Shown one piece after another: positions 51,853 to 61,644 of a stretch of DNA of 64,000 nt; the stretch's first letter is position 1, and every line of letters starts with the position of its first letter. The position numbers and the translations under genes are program-made. The stretch spans positions 640,001-704,000 of the forward strand of contig JBJBCN010000002.1 of NCBI GenBank assembly GCA_047285805.1, written 5' to 3'. The notes beneath the pieces are model-generated. The model saw only the letters and a program-made list of their open reading frames with translations, searched no databases and was not told the origin of the DNA. This stretch comes from Synechococcus sp. (GTDB lineage: Bacteria; Cyanobacteriota; Cyanobacteriia; PCC-6307; Cyanobiaceae).

Positions 51853-54186
51853 TCAGTCCTCAGCCCAGGGATCTCCCTCATAGGAGCCGTGATCGGGTGT
51901 GGTCGGAGTCACGGCCCTGGGATGGGGAGCAGCGTTCCGCTCGACAACGCGGTCGTCGCGGGGCTGATCCACACCTGCGTCGTAGCGGGCGTCATCGCGA
52001 CGGGGGGCATCAGCGGGATCGGAGTAGCGATCGAACTCCCCAAAGCGGGGGGCCGGTTCGAACTCCTGTTCGCTGCGGTCGTACCGATCAGAGGCCTCGT
52101 CCCAGGTTTGGTTGCGGGGTTGAGGCGATTGATCCCAGCGAGGTGGGGCCTCAATCTGCCGATCCCAACTGGGACGTGGGGCATCAAAGCGGTCCAGGCT
52201 CGGGCGATCCCAGCGTTCCTCCTGCCAACCACCACCGAAACGCGGTTCACTCCAGGGATCGCGGGAGCGACCCGGGCGATCCCAGTCATCCCAATCGTCT
52301 TCGGCGAACAACTCGTCTTTGAGGGAGCCCAAGGTATTTTTGATTCCCTGGATCGGATTGGAGTCCTGCTTGCGCTCGCTGGCAAGACGCCGGTTCAAGC
52401 CGTAGATGGCCTCTTGCAGCTGACTGACGCTTATGTCGAGGTCGCTGAGATCTCCATCGGCCAACATCTCCTGTACATCGCGCATGGCGATCTCAACGGC
52501 GCGTTGCTGGCGCTCAGCGCCGTAGGGGCCCAATTCCAAGGCTGCGTCTCGTAGCCGCCGCTCGGCCTGACCGACGAGTGTTTGGGCGCGGTTGCGGCGA
52601 TCGATCTCGGCACGCTTGCGACGGTCCTCGCTGGACTTTTGTTCGGCCTCGGCAATCAGGGTCTTGATCTCGTCTTCACTGAGGTTGGATCCTCCCTGAA
52701 TGCTGACGCTCTGCTGGCGCCCCGTTGTGCGGTCCGTGGCCGACACCTGCAGGAGTCCGTTGGCGTCAATGTCAAAGGACACCTGGACTTGGGGGACGCC
52801 CCGGGGAGCAGGGGGAATGCCCGAAAGCTTGAAGCGGCCCAGGCTCTTGTTGCCATCGGCCATCTGGCGCTCCCCTTGGAGCACGTGTATTTCAACCGAG
52901 CTTTGATTCGCTTCGGAGGTGCTGAAGAGATCGCTCTTACGGACCGGGATGGAGGTGTTGCGGGGAATCAACACCTTCATCACCCCACCAATGGTCTCCA
53001 ATCCCAAGGAGAGGGGAGTGACATCGTTGAGCATCAGATCCCGCAACTCACCTGTCAAGATTCCCGCTTGAACGGCGGCACCAATCGAGACAACTTCGTC
53101 GGGGTTCACCGACTGACAGGGCTCCAGGGGCACAAGGGTGCGCACCATTTGCTGCACCATTGGCATTCGGGTGGAGCCACCGACGAGGACCACATCGTCG
53201 ATGTCCTCCGCCGCGAATCCGGAATCTCGAAGCGCCCGTTGCACCGGACGAAGCAAACGATCGAGCAAGTCCGGGCAGAGTCCTTCAAAGGTGTTGCGCT
53301 CGAGGGTGGTCTCGATATGCAGGGGGCCGTCGTTGCCTGTCGCGATGAAGGGCAAGGAAATCGGGGTGCTTTGAACACCACTGAGTTCGATCTTGGCCTT
53401 CTCGGCAGCGTCGGTCAGGCGCTGAAGCGCCTGACGATCACGCCGCAGATCAATCTCGTGCTCCTTCTGGAAAGCGTCGGCCAACCAGTCGACGATTCGA
53501 CGGTCCCAGTCGTTACCGCCTAGCTGCGTGTCTCCACTGGTGGCCTTGACATCAAAAACCCCCTGGGCGACGCGCAGGATCGAGACGTCAAAGGTCCCGC
53601 CACCAAGGTCAAAGACCAGCACGCGTTTGACCGTGCTGCGATCGAACCCATAAGCCAAGGCCGCCGCGGTGGGCTCGTTCAGGATCCGCTCAACCGAAAT
53701 CCCAGCCAGACGGCCGGCATCGCGGGTGGCCTGACGCTGGGCATCATTGAAATAGGCGGGGACTGTGATGACCGCGGCTTCAACGGGTTCCCCTAGATAA
53801 GTACTGGCATCATCCACGAGCTTGCGCAGCACGCTGGCCACCAATTCTTCGGGCGCATACTCCCTCTCGGTGGCGGGGCAGACCACACGCACATTGCCCT
53901 GATCGTTGGCGCGAACGGTGTAGGGGACGGCCAGGCTGCCGTCGTCCAATTCATCCCATTGTCGCCCGACGAAACGTTTGAGATTGGCAAAGGTGTTCCG
54001 CGGGTTCAAGACCAGCTGGCGCCTAGCCAACTGACCAACGAGAAGCTCCTGATCTTTGCTGAAGCCGACCACTGATGGGGTCGTGCGACCGCCCTCAGCG
54101 CTGGCGATCACCTGAGGGCGACCACCCTCAAGCACCGCAACCACGGAGTTGGTGGTTCCCAGGTCGATTCCAACGATCCGTGCCAA
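51853..54186 (-). CDS. dnaK: Hsp70 chaperone (DnaK3-like paralogue) with long acidic tail
   Basis: GIDLGTTNS, TVPAYFND, DLGGGTFD, VGGSTRMP. Confidence 0.97.
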   Translation of the reverse strand: MARIVGIDLGTTNSVVAVLEGGRPQVIASAEGGRTTPSVVGFSKDQELLVGQLARRQLVLNPRNTFANLKRFVGRQWDELDDGSLAVPYTVRANDQGNVRVVCPATEREYAPEELVASVLRKLVDDASTYLGEPVEAAVITVPAYFNDAQRQATRDAGRLAGISVERILNEPTAAALAYGFDRSTVKRVLVFDLGGGTFDVSILRVAQGVFDVKATSGDTQLGGNDWDRRIVDWLADAFQKEHEIDLRRDRQALQRLTDAAEKAKIELSGVQSTPISLPFIATGNDGPLHIETTLERNTFEGLCPDLLDRLLRPVQRALRDSGFAAEDIDDVVLVGGSTRMPMVQQMVRTLVPLEPCQSVNPDEVVSIGAAVQAGILTGELRDLMLNDVTPLSLGLETIGGVMKVLIPRNTSIPVRKSDLFSTSEANQSSVEIHVLQGERQMADGNKSLGRFKLSGIPPAPRGVPQVQVSFDIDANGLLQVSATDRTTGRQQSVSIQGGSNLSEDEIKTLIAEAEQKSSEDRRKRAEIDRRNRAQTLVGQAERRLRDAALELGPYGAERQQRAVEIAMRDVQEMLADGDLSDLDISVSQLQEAIYGLNRRLASERKQDSNPIQGIKNTLGSLKDELFAEDDWDDWDRPGRSRDPWSEPRFGGGWQEERWDRPSLDRFDAPRPSWDRQIEAPPRWDQSPQPRNQTWDEASDRYDRSEQEFEPAPRFGEFDRYSDPADAPRRDDARYDAGVDQPRDDRVVERNAAPHPRAVTPTTPDHGSYEGDPWAED

Positions 54187-54278
54187 CTGCGTTCCTGCGC
54201 CCTGGGGCCATCCACGTTTTGCCCCAAACCTAACGGCAATAGGGCAGAGGGATAGATTCCTAAGAGGTTAAGAACCCC

Positions 54279-55232
54279 ATGGCCAGGAGTCCGCGCCTTG
54301 AGCTCTTCGCCTTGCGGCGTCGGTCTGCCTCCGAACGGGCAGCTGACCGAGGTTTTCACCACTTGGCGGTGGCCCTTGCCGGGGCCGTGGGCCTACTGGT
54401 CTTTGCCATCCTTCTCACCGTCCTTAGTGGAGCCTGGGAAGCGATTCAGACCTTTGGTCTGTCCTTCATCACAACATCGGACTGGGATCCGATCGGTGAG
54501 CACTACGGCGCCTTCACCGCGATCTACGGCACCTTGGTCAGTTCCGGGATGGCCCTGCTAATTGCCGTTCCACTGGGGGTTGGCACAGCAATCTTTCTAA
54601 CTGAAAACATCATTCCCAAGGGCATCCGTGAGGTATTGGGAGTGATGGTTGAGCTCCTCGCGGCCATTCCATCGGTGGTCCTTGGTCTGTGGGCCATCGT
54701 TGTGATGGAACCCTTCCTCCGCCCCTTCCTGACGGATCTGCACAGTTACCTGGGCTGGATACCCCTGTTCTCAACGGAACCGCAGGGCCCTGGTATGGCG
54801 CCGGCCTCACTAATCTTGGTTGTAATGATCCTGCCGATCATTACGGCCATCTCTAGGGACGCCCTCAGGCAAGTGCCCGACGGGCTCAGGCAGGCGGCCT
54901 ATGGAATCGGGACCACGCGCTGGGGGGCCATCTTTCAAGTCATGCTCCCGGCAGCCATCTCAGGAATCACCGGGGGAGTGATGTTGGCATTGGGCCGGGC
55001 GATGGGCGAAACCATGGCCGTGACCATGATCATTGGCAACTCCAACAACTTCAGCTTCAGCCTTCTGGCCCCGGCCAACACCATCTCTTCGATGTTGGCT
55101 AATCAATTCGGTGAAGCGGACGGCATTCAGGTCTCAGCACTGATGTACGCGGCCTTGGTCTTGATGTTGATGACCTTGCTGGTGAACCTGGTCGCCCAGC
55201 AGGTGGTGAAGCGACTGAGCTTGAAGTACTGA
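54279..55232 (+). CDS. pstC: Phosphate ABC transporter permease
   Basis: VELLAAIPSVVLGLW, LGRAMGETMAV. Confidence 0.96.
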   Translation: MARSPRLELFALRRRSASERAADRGFHHLAVALAGAVGLLVFAILLTVLSGAWEAIQTFGLSFITTSDWDPIGEHYGAFTAIYGTLVSSGMALLIAVPLGVGTAIFLTENIIPKGIREVLGVMVELLAAIPSVVLGLWAIVVMEPFLRPFLTDLHSYLGWIPLFSTEPQGPGMAPASLILVVMILPIITAISRDALRQVPDGLRQAAYGIGTTRWGAIFQVMLPAAISGITGGVMLALGRAMGETMAVTMIIGNSNNFSFSLLAPANTISSMLANQFGEADGIQVSALMYAALVLMLMTLLVNLVAQQVVKRLSLKY

Positions 55233-55235
55233 GCC

Positions 55236-56117
55236 ATGACGGTTTCTCAGCACGGTTCTCTGCGTTACCGCAACGGTCTCTCCCGGAACATTTGGAACCG
55301 GGTGTTCACTTCCATTGCGGCCCTCTTCACCGCTCTGGCGGTCCTCCCCCTGATCTTGGTCTTGGCCTATGTCCTAATCAAGGGAGGGTCTTTGATCAAT
55401 TGGCAGCTGCTCACCGAGTTGCCGCCTCCACCAGGACTAGATGGAGGCGGCATCGGCAATGCGATCGTAGGCACCTTGCTTATCACTGTGCTAGCTAGCG
55501 CCATTGCGATCCCCATCGGCGTGGGTGGTGGGGTCTACCTGGCGGAGTACTCCCGCTCCGGTGGCTTCGCCCAGTTCGTGCGCTTCGGCACCAACGTGCT
55601 CTCCGGGGTCCCCTCGATCATTTGTGGTGTCTTCATTTACGGCTTGATCGTCAGCACGCGGGTGATCGCCGGCCATAGCTATAGCGCTATTGCCGGTGGC
55701 ATAGCGCTGGCGGTGCTGATGATCCCGACGGTGATCAAGACCACCGATGAAGGTCTCAAGTTGGTCCCCCAGGAGCTGCGTTGGGGCGCCATGGCCGTCG
55801 GGTCCTCCAAAGTGGTGACCATTACGCGCGTCACCCTTCCTGCGGCGTTCGCTCCGATTGCGACCGGGGTCGTCTTGGGTATTGCCCGGGCGGCCGGAGA
55901 AACCGCACCGTTGATCTTCACCGCACTGTTTTCACCGTTCTGGGCGGATGGGGTGCTCAACCCAATCGCCTCAATGTCAGTGCTGATCTACAACTACGCG
56001 ATCATGCCCTACGAGGCCCAGATCTCCCTGGCCTGGGCGGCGTCCTTTGTGTTGGTGATGATGATCCTGTTAGCAAACCTTTTGGCCCGCTTGATCGCCC
56101 TCCTCTCCCGCGCTTGA
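55236..56117 (+). CDS. pstA: Phosphate ABC transporter permease
   Basis: [28 protein letters not shown]. Confidence 0.96.
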   Translation: MTVSQHGSLRYRNGLSRNIWNRVFTSIAALFTALAVLPLILVLAYVLIKGGSLINWQLLTELPPPPGLDGGGIGNAIVGTLLITVLASAIAIPIGVGGGVYLAEYSRSGGFAQFVRFGTNVLSGVPSIICGVFIYGLIVSTRVIAGHSYSAIAGGIALAVLMIPTVIKTTDEGLKLVPQELRWGAMAVGSSKVVTITRVTLPAAFAPIATGVVLGIARAAGETAPLIFTALFSPFWADGVLNPIASMSVLIYNYAIMPYEAQISLAWAASFVLVMMILLANLLARLIALLSRA

Positions 56118-56143
56118 TCTCCCCCCCACCCTTACCAATCAAC

Positions 56144-56959
56144 GTGATCTCAACCCCCCAGGCCAGCTCTGACTCCAACAACGGGGTTTGCCTGTCCCTC
56201 CAGGACGTCTCGATTAGCTATGGCAGTAAGGAAGCTGTTCGCGGGGTCTACTTGGAGATCCCACGGGGACAGGTCACGGCCTTCATCGGCCCCTCAGGCT
56301 GCGGCAAAAGCACAGTGCTGCGGGTCCTGAACCGGATGAACGATTTGATCGACGGGTGCTCGATCAAGGGACGAGTGATCTTCGATCAGCAGGATCTCTA
56401 CGCCCGGCACGTGGACCCGGTGGAGGTGCGTCGCCGGATTGGGATGGTGTTCCAAAAACCCAATCCGTTCCCCAAAAGCATCTACGAGAACATCGCTTTT
56501 GGCGCCCGCGTGAATGGCTACAGGGGCAACATGGATGAGCTAGTAGAGCGATCCCTGCGAAAGGCAGCCCTTTGGGACGAAACCAAAGACAAGCTCAAAG
56601 AAAGCGGTTACGCCCTCTCAGGCGGTCAGCAGCAACGGCTGTGTATCGCTCGAACAATCGCTATTGAGCCCGAGGTGATTCTAATGGACGAACCCTGTTC
56701 AGCGCTTGATCCGATCTCGACATTGAAGATCGAGGAAATGATGCACGAGCTGAAAAAGAACTACACGATCGTGATCGTCACCCACAACATGCAACAGGCC
56801 GTGCGAGTGAGCGATTACACCGGTTTCTTCAATGTCAGCCAACGCAGCGATCGCGACAGCAAAGTGGGAACGCTGGTGGAATTTGCTGAGACGGAGCGCA
56901 TCTTTAATGCTCCTCAAGAACAGGCCACCCAGGACTACGTCACCGGCCGTTTCGGGTAA
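56144..56959 (+). CDS. pstB: Phosphate ABC transporter ATPase
   Basis: [44 protein letters not shown] 56144. Confidence 0.96.
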   Translation: MISTPQASSDSNNGVCLSLQDVSISYGSKEAVRGVYLEIPRGQVTAFIGPSGCGKSTVLRVLNRMNDLIDGCSIKGRVIFDQQDLYARHVDPVEVRRRIGMVFQKPNPFPKSIYENIAFGARVNGYRGNMDELVERSLRKAALWDETKDKLKESGYALSGGQQQRLCIARTIAIEPEVILMDEPCSALDPISTLKIEEMMHELKKNYTIVIVTHNMQQAVRVSDYTGFFNVSQRSDRDSKVGTLVEFAETERIFNAPQEQATQDYVTGRFG

Positions 56960-56983
56960 TTCAGCGGCCGACAGGTTGGCATG

Positions 56984-57008
56984 AAAAAGCCGCTCGTAGA
57001 GCGGCTTT
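56984..57008. terminator. Likely bidirectional terminator between pstB and tRNA-Ser
   Basis: AAAGCCGCTC-GTA-GAGCGGCTTT with A/T tracts at both ends. Confidence 0.8.
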
Positions 57009-57013
57009 CAAAG

Positions 57014-57100
57014 CGGAGAGGGAGGGATTCGAACCCTCGATAGAGTTGCCCCTATACAGCATTTCCAGTGCTGCGCCTTCGACCACTCGGCCACCTCTCC
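57014..57100 (-). tRNA. tRNA-Ser(GGA)
   Basis: GGAGAGG acceptor stem, CAGCA-CT-GGA-AA-TGCTG anticodon arm, long variable arm, GGTTCGAATC T-loop; CCA not encoded. Confidence 0.97.
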
Positions 57101-57218
57101 GTGAGGGGCTTTTCACAGCTCCGCCACCGACCCAGGAAAGGATCAGAGGACGACGCGGCTGCGCGGGGGCAACGACGAGAATGTAGCAGTCACTGCTCCC
57201 CCATTGGATTACTGCTCC

Positions 57219-57584
57219 ATGCACAGTCACCCGATCACGGTTCATTGGCGCCAAGAGAACCGCACGATCCAGTTGAACGTGCCCGAAGGCGAGTACATCC
57301 TCACGAGCTTTGAGCAACAGGGAGAACCCCTCCCCTTCAGCTGTCGCAATGGCTGCTGCACAGCCTGCGCCGTTCGCGTCCTCCACGGTGAGATCGACCA
57401 GCGCGAGGCCCTGGGCTTGTCCAAAGACATTCGCAGCCGGGGGTATGGGCTGCTCTGCGTGGCCCGGGCCACGGGTGCCTTGGAAGTGGAGACCCAAGAC
57501 GAAGACGAGGTCTATGAGCTGCAGTTCGGCCGCCACTTCGGCCGAGGCAAAGTGCGCGCCGGCCTGCCTTTGGATGAGGAGTGA
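57219..57584 (+). CDS. 2Fe-2S ferredoxin
   Basis: LPFSCRNGCCTACAV...LLCV. Confidence 0.92.
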   Translation: MHSHPITVHWRQENRTIQLNVPEGEYILTSFEQQGEPLPFSCRNGCCTACAVRVLHGEIDQREALGLSKDIRSRGYGLLCVARATGALEVETQDEDEVYELQFGRHFGRGKVRAGLPLDEE

Positions 57585-58483
57585 GTTCAGCTATGCCGAC
57601 ACGTCTGACCGACAAGGCTGCCCTTGACTCCGGCTTGAGCCAGGCCGAGCTGGAGCGTCTCAGCGCTGTTGCCCGCCAGGCGGCCATGGCCGGCGCCGTC
57701 GAACTGAAGGAGCTCTTTGGACGCCTGGAGCGGATCCGGGAAAAGGGAAGAGCCGGTGACCTTGTCACCGAGGCGGATGTCGCCGCTGAGCAGGCCGTTC
57801 TGACGGTGCTGAGCGATGCCACGCCTGAGCTGGGAGTACTGGCCGAGGAAAGCGGCCGAAAGGAAGGGGAGGGCAGTGACCTGCAGTGGTGTGTTGACCC
57901 GCTCGATGGGACAACGAACTACGCCCATGGCTACCCCTTCTTCGGAACCTCCATTGGCTTGACCTGGCGCGGTCAGCCCCTCTTGGGGGCCCTGGCTGTA
58001 CCGGCCCTCGATCGCCTCTATTGGGCCATACCGGGGCTGGGCGCCTGGTGCAATGACGCGCCGATCCAAGTCAGTGGCTGCACTAGCCTTGGAGAATCCC
58101 TGTTGGTGACTGGCTTTGCCTATGACCGCCACACCCGCTTGGACAACAACTACGCAGAGTTCGCCTACTTCACGCACCGCACACGTGGTGTCAGACGGGG
58201 CGGAGCCGCAGCGGTGGATCTGGCTTTCGTGTCCGAGGGCCTGCTCGACGGTTACTGGGAACGGGGGCTCTCCCCCTGGGACCTCGCCGCCGGCATGGCC
58301 CTCGTGGAGCAGGCCGGAGGAGTCGTCTCGGCCTATGACGGATCGCCGGCGGATCTGGCCAGTGGAAAACTGATTGCCTGCACCCCAGGTCTTCAGCAGC
58401 CCCTCGTGGACGGTCTCGCGGACTGCAGGCCACTGACCGGGGCGAGTTTTGGCGCACCGGAACTGGATCAGCCCACTCCATAG
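57581..58483 (+). CDS. suhB: Inositol monophosphatase family protein
   Basis: DLVTEAD, LAEE, VDPLDGTTNY, WDLAAG. Confidence 0.9.
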   Translation: MSSAMPTRLTDKAALDSGLSQAELERLSAVARQAAMAGAVELKELFGRLERIREKGRAGDLVTEADVAAEQAVLTVLSDATPELGVLAEESGRKEGEGSDLQWCVDPLDGTTNYAHGYPFFGTSIGLTWRGQPLLGALAVPALDRLYWAIPGLGAWCNDAPIQVSGCTSLGESLLVTGFAYDRHTRLDNNYAEFAYFTHRTRGVRRGGAAAVDLAFVSEGLLDGYWERGLSPWDLAAGMALVEQAGGVVSAYDGSPADLASGKLIACTPGLQQPLVDGLADCRPLTGASFGAPELDQPTP

Positions 58484-58511
58484 GATCGGTCGACTTCGAC
58501 CTGGCCTTGCG

Positions 58512-59687
58512 ATGGCTCTTCAACCGGCGGCCGGAACCAGGGATCTCAACCCCCGCGAGGTGGTCGTCAACCGCTGGCTCTCAGAGCAACTAGGCGGGGT
58601 CTACCGCCTCTGGGGTTACGTCGAGGTCAGTCCCCCAAGCGTGGAGCGTCTCCAAACCCTGGAGGCCGGCGGCCGGATCAACGACAGCGAAGTGCTCCGG
58701 CTCGCTACCGATGACCCCCTGGGCCTTCGCCCGGAGATGACTGCCTCCATTGCTCGGGCGGCTTGCACCCGCATGGCGGAACTGCCCAGGCCTCTCCGTC
58801 TATGGAGCTGCGGCACGGTCTTCCGAAGCGTGCAAAGCGATACCGGTCAGCAACGCCTCGAGGAGCAGCTGCAGAGTGGTGTTGAGCTCTTTGGTCCTGC
58901 CGAGGAGGACCAAAGCGTCGCCGATGCCGAGCTCTTGCGCCTGCTCCTGGCTTGCCTCCAGACCATCGGCATTGGATTTGAGCACCGTCCCAAGTTGCTA
59001 TTGGGCCACCATGGTGTCCTCTCGGCCCTCCTCGACCAGGTCCCTGCAGGGCAAAGGACGGCCGTTCGCCAGGCCCTGGTCAGCTTTGATCCCCTGGCCC
59101 TGGCCAAGCTGGAGCTTTCCGATCACCAACGCCAGTCCCTCGAGCAATTGATGCGACTGCGCGGAGAGCCCGATTCTGTGCTGGCTCAGTTGAAAGCCTT
59201 GCTTGGTCCATCACGCCAGCTGGAGGAACTCGCGATCTGCCTCAAGGTCGTGGCACCTGCCGCCGCCAAGACCAAAGTCGAGCTTCAGCTGGACCCCACC
59301 TTCCAGCCCCACTTCGACCTCTACGACGGTCTGGTGTTGAAGCTGGTCTGCCAGGGAATGGACGCTCCCGTCGAGATCGCAAGCGGCGGTCGCTATGACG
59401 CGCTTGTGGAACGGTTCGGCGGGGCAGCCTCAGGCCTCGGTTTCAGTTTCGACCTGGAAGCCATCCGAAGATTGCTCGGCACCGAGAACACTGCCCCCAG
59501 TCGCCCAGAGCTGACAATGGTCAGCTTCAAGGACATCACCCAGCTGCCGACGGCTTTCTCAGCGCAAGCCGATCAGCACCAACAGGGCCGCAGCTGCCTG
59601 ATCCTGCACCAGCCCTGCTGGACGGAAGCGGAAGCCCAAGCGCAAGCCGATGCCAGGGGCTGCACTGGGTTGATCTGGCTGGGCTGA
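58512..59687 (+). CDS. hisZ: ATP phosphoribosyltransferase regulatory subunit
   Basis: MALQPAAGTRD, LRPEMTASIAR, QSGVEL, ASGGRYD. Confidence 0.92.
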   Translation: MALQPAAGTRDLNPREVVVNRWLSEQLGGVYRLWGYVEVSPPSVERLQTLEAGGRINDSEVLRLATDDPLGLRPEMTASIARAACTRMAELPRPLRLWSCGTVFRSVQSDTGQQRLEEQLQSGVELFGPAEEDQSVADAELLRLLLACLQTIGIGFEHRPKLLLGHHGVLSALLDQVPAGQRTAVRQALVSFDPLALAKLELSDHQRQSLEQLMRLRGEPDSVLAQLKALLGPSRQLEELAICLKVVAPAAAKTKVELQLDPTFQPHFDLYDGLVLKLVCQGMDAPVEIASGGRYDALVERFGGAASGLGFSFDLEAIRRLLGTENTAPSRPELTMVSFKDITQLPTAFSAQADQHQQGRSCLILHQPCWTEAEAQAQADARGCTGLIWLG

Positions 59688-59741
59688 GACAGCAACGGGA
59701 ACCTGGTGTCCTTAGGATCCCAAGTCCTTACAGGGCTCCTG

Positions 59742-59966
59742 ATGGCACACACAATCGTCACCGACGTCTGTGAAGGCGTGGCCGATTGCGTTGATGCCTG
59801 CCCGGTGGCCTGCATCAACCCTGGCAGCGGAGCCAACTCCAAGGGAACCGAGTTCTACTGGATTAATTTCGACACCTGCATCGACTGCGGCATCTGCCTC
59901 CAGGTCTGCCCTGTGGCAGGAGCAATTATTCCGGAGGAGAAGCCCGAACTCCAACGCGCTGGCTGA
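59742..59966 (+). CDS. 4Fe-4S dicluster ferredoxin
   Basis: CEGVADCVDACPVACI...CIDCGICLQVCP. Confidence 0.93.
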   Translation: MAHTIVTDVCEGVADCVDACPVACINPGSGANSKGTEFYWINFDTCIDCGICLQVCPVAGAIIPEEKPELQRAG

Positions 59967-60017
59967 GCCCTGCGTCAGCACTTAAGGATTTCTACCGATT
60001 TCGAGTCCGCGCTGCGC

Positions 60018-60230
60018 TTGAGTTGTGAGACCTGCGGTCTAGAAGCCGTGACCTTTCAACCTGGAACGCTCGTCACGCTCAGCGAAAATCCCGACTGTGT
60101 CTTCCAGTTGGTGAATTTGAACGAGGCCAGTGGTTCCGCTTGGGTTCGGCCCTGGCCTCTTGTCCAATCCGATGCCGCGACCTTCACGGTCTGCCTGAGT
60201 GACCTGGATCAAGCGCAACCCGTTGGTTAA
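60018..60230 (+). CDS. Small hypothetical protein
   Basis: FQPGTLVTL..FQLVNL..AWVRPWPL; start uncertain. Confidence 0.6.
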   Translation: MSCETCGLEAVTFQPGTLVTLSENPDCVFQLVNLNEASGSAWVRPWPLVQSDAATFTVCLSDLDQAQPVG

Positions 60231-60299
60231 GACAGTTAGAGGAGGTGAGACAAACAGCCTCACTCTCAGCAAAATAGAATTTGGTTCGGAGATTGAAAT

Positions 60300-60560
60300 A
60301 TGAACTGGGAGCAGCTGAATCAACCCAAGATCCTGAAGCAGAAGCTTTATCGCCTGATTGACGGGCTTTGCGAACCCCATCGTCAACTGGACGCGCTCTA
60401 TCCCAGCCTGGAATCGGCACTGGAAGATGCCATCGGCTGGTTGCAGCACAGCAACATCAACCCAATGGAGCACCCTGTTGGCGTCGAGGTCGTTACAGCG
60501 TCCGGAGATTGGCGGACGTTGCGCTCACCGGAACCGTTGTTTTGCAGCTGGAATCACTGA
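60300..60560 (+). CDS. Small hypothetical protein
   Basis: YRLID..CEPHRQLDALYPSLESALEDA..W..VGVEV.TASGDWRT. Confidence 0.72.
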   Translation: MNWEQLNQPKILKQKLYRLIDGLCEPHRQLDALYPSLESALEDAIGWLQHSNINPMEHPVGVEVVTASGDWRTLRSPEPLFCSWNH

Positions 60561-60566
60561 GTGCCC

Positions 60567-60689
60567 TCAGTGCATCAAGAGGGATAGAAGCGGGAACACC
60601 GTGGCAAACAAGGTGAGCAGGATGAAACTCCAAATGAGCAAGAGGCCGATTGATTCCTGATCAATTTGGTGCAAGGTTTTGGTGGCCAT
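60567..60689 (-). CDS. 40-aa single-TM microprotein (below the ORF-track cutoff)
   Basis: MATKTLHQIDQESIGLLLIWSFILLTLFATVFPLLSLLMH*; fills an otherwise empty gap. Confidence 0.55.
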   Translation of the reverse strand: MATKTLHQIDQESIGLLLIWSFILLTLFATVFPLLSLLMH

Positions 60690-60741
60690 GGTCGATCACA
60701 TTGATGTGGGCCAGCCTTAGCAATGTTGGCGGGACCAACGG

Positions 60742-61053
60742 ATGAGCAGAGATCCCTATCGGCGACGCAGAGGCGGCGACTATCACTGCCCTTACTGTTC
60801 ACCTCTGCCCACCCGCTCGATCCAGGGCGTCAACGGATCTCCGCACTGCGCCTATTGCGGTGACCCCTTGGTGCGTGAGCCCCATGTCCGGGGAAGCCAG
60901 ATCGCCGCAATGCTCGTCATCGGCGGCTTCCTGTTACCACTGATCAGCCTGCTCTGGCTGGCGATACAACTGGCCCCATCAAGGAGGACTCAGCCCCAAG
61001 AACGGGTGGCGATGATTCGGGTAGTGGAGACCCACGCTCCCGAGCGGTCGTAA
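60742..61053 (+). CDS. Small Zn-ribbon membrane protein
   Basis: CPYC...CAYCGDPL followed by a hydrophobic helix. Confidence 0.7.
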   Translation: MSRDPYRRRRGGDYHCPYCSPLPTRSIQGVNGSPHCAYCGDPLVREPHVRGSQIAAMLVIGGFLLPLISLLWLAIQLAPSRRTQPQERVAMIRVVETHAPERS

Positions 61054-61069
61054 CGGCGGATAAAGATTG

Positions 61070-61505
61070 CAAGCTTGAGGGGGCTGCGCTTGCCCCTTTC
61101 CGCTGGTTCGGAATTCTCGGATCAGAACCAGCGGAAAGGGGCCGTCTTTTCCATGCAGTTGCACCAAGCGATGGCGACGATCCTGATCAACGAAGCCAAG
61201 TTCGCCCCCAACTCAGCACAGGGGGACACCCGCATGCTGCCCTTTCAAAACATTCAATTGGTAAAGAAGACCGTCTGCTTGCCGATGTTTCGGTAGTCCT
61301 GGGCGATGTCATTGATGGCTTCGGCTTCAACACCCTCTGGCCCAAAACGGCGCAGCCTGAAGAGCACCAAACGCTCCTGGTCTCGAGCTTCCAGAGTCAG
61401 AATCGACAGGTTGGTGTCGGTCTCTGAGCCATCGGCGGCAAGATCACAAAAGGTTCCGCGCCACTCCCCAAGGTTGCGCAGAAAGTTGGCCCACTGGCTG
61501 GCGAT
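61070..61505 (-). pseudogene. DUF3598-like gene remnant
   Basis: (I)ASQWANFLRNLGEWRGTF...VFFTN*MF*KGS..., then ELGFVDQDRRHRLVQL..LVLIREF in a shifted frame; ATC at the start position; TGA at 61254-61256 and 61245-61247. Confidence 0.75.
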
Positions 61506-61644
61506 GGAGTCGGCTGATGTCGTGCTGCGGAAACCAATCCTTGCAACCTTACAACCCTAGTAGGGGTCGGTTTCCTGCCCACCGCGCCCCCTTGGCTTCA
61601 GACCCAGTAAGGGAGATTCTAGTCATCACGTTGTGATCAGAGCC

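Noticed and set aside
54225..54278. Pho box upstream of pstC
   Set aside because: TAA-containing half-sites are not at 11-bp periodicity
56960..57220. Genomic island at tRNA-Ser
   Set aside because: No integrase, no duplicated tRNA 3' end, core genes on both sides
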